The notes under the pieces: model-generated
What the model was told of the DNA's origin: nothing
The model's input: the letters and a program-made list of their open reading frames with translations, nothing else
The model's database searches: none
Source: Mytilus edulis
Lineage: Eukaryota
Assembly: GCF_963676685.1 (NCBI RefSeq)
Contig: NC_092346.1
Span: 44,702,001-44,766,000, forward strand
DNA: 64,000 nt
Direction: 5' to 3'
Position numbers and translations under genes: made by a program
Shown: piece by piece, positions 63,036-64,000 of the stretch
Numbering within the stretch: position 1 is the first letter of the stretch
How the letters are laid out: the number at the start of each line of letters is the position of its first letter

Positions 63036-64000
63036 CTGAAAATCAAACAAAAAATCTGTAAGACTAATTAATATAATTACAAAATTTGGACATGTATAAT
63101 CCTCAGCTTTTTACTCTAAAATTCCAAATGCTAGGCAGAGGTACAGAATATTCGGTAGAACAAATATACACCCAAAAAAAACCATGTTGATTCCACAATG
63201 TCGATTACATTTGCAGCCATCTTTTTATAAATCAGAGGGCACTATATTTTCTTTTTAAAATTCTTAAAACTATTTGCTGAATAAATATACAGTAATTATG
63301 AAATTTAATATTGATCAATCAGTAAGGCCACACCAATTAGATTTATAGTTCTTTGAACATAAGCTCCAAAAAAAATGGGGCGAGCGAGCGAAATTTTTTT
63401 GATTGTAAAAAATTCGTGAAAATGAGTTTTGTAGAGGCAGGTGCTCTGCAAGTGGAGCAAGCGGTCTACTTTTTTTTTAAATTGTGCAATTTAGAAAGTT
63501 ATGTACATGTTAAAACTGGGTAACTTCATAGAAAAAAGAGGAGAAACATGCTCTAATGCAAATAATTTGATGTATTTGTGCCTGTAGTACAGTCTATACC
63601 ATACCTTACTTTCTGGTTCACTTTGGTTTTATAGTATAATTTTGATTATTTTGTCAAATAAGCTTTAACTGTGTGAATTTTTATTTGAATTCACAAATGC
63701 ACACATGTGTAATTAATAAGGAGGCAAAGCTGATAAAGTTTAGCGAGAGAGATTGTGTTAGTTAGGTTAATACATGTATATTGTATTGAATAAAATTAAT
63801 TAAGATATATGTATGTTAAAAAAAATGCCCTTGGAAAATATTAAATATCTTTGATACAGTTGTTTTCATATATAGTAGTGATTGTTTATTGGCTGCTTGG
63901 CATCTAGTTGGAAATGTTTATCCATAATATGATCAACATAATGAGTGTGGTGAATATTGCAACAACATCTTGAGTAAAATAGTTATATTGATGCATGGAG

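Overview
AT-rich, repeat-dense eukaryotic DNA with GT-AG spliceosomal introns. The repeat content suggests a bivalve mollusc, probably Mytilus-like (inference, not verified). Main contents: (1) two diverged paralogous copies of an uncharacterised multi-exon gene for a long acidic, low-complexity protein, copy A (~3179-15460, pseudogene) and copy B (35117-44302, open 965-codon spliced ORF); (2) 13 3' exons of a VIPAS39/SPE-39 orthologue on the minus strand (63035-49563), with its 5' part not found in the window; (3) many nested transposon relics (BEL/Pao, DIRS, piggyBac, hAT, Academ-like, Kolobok-like, MITEs, SINEs, HINE-like elements); (4) the most striking signal, two related families of minimal type I hammerhead ribozymes. 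One family forms a tandem ~345-350-nt retrozyme-like array (6813-8068) inserted in an intron of copy A and absent from the paralogous intron of copy B. The other occurs as dispersed copies (intact at 5743-5786 and 20657-20700). The two families show compensatory base changes in all three stems, and the array monomer also carries a candidate pseudoknot and a cUUCGg hairpin. All calls were made by eye from the sequence; no database searches or folding programs were run.
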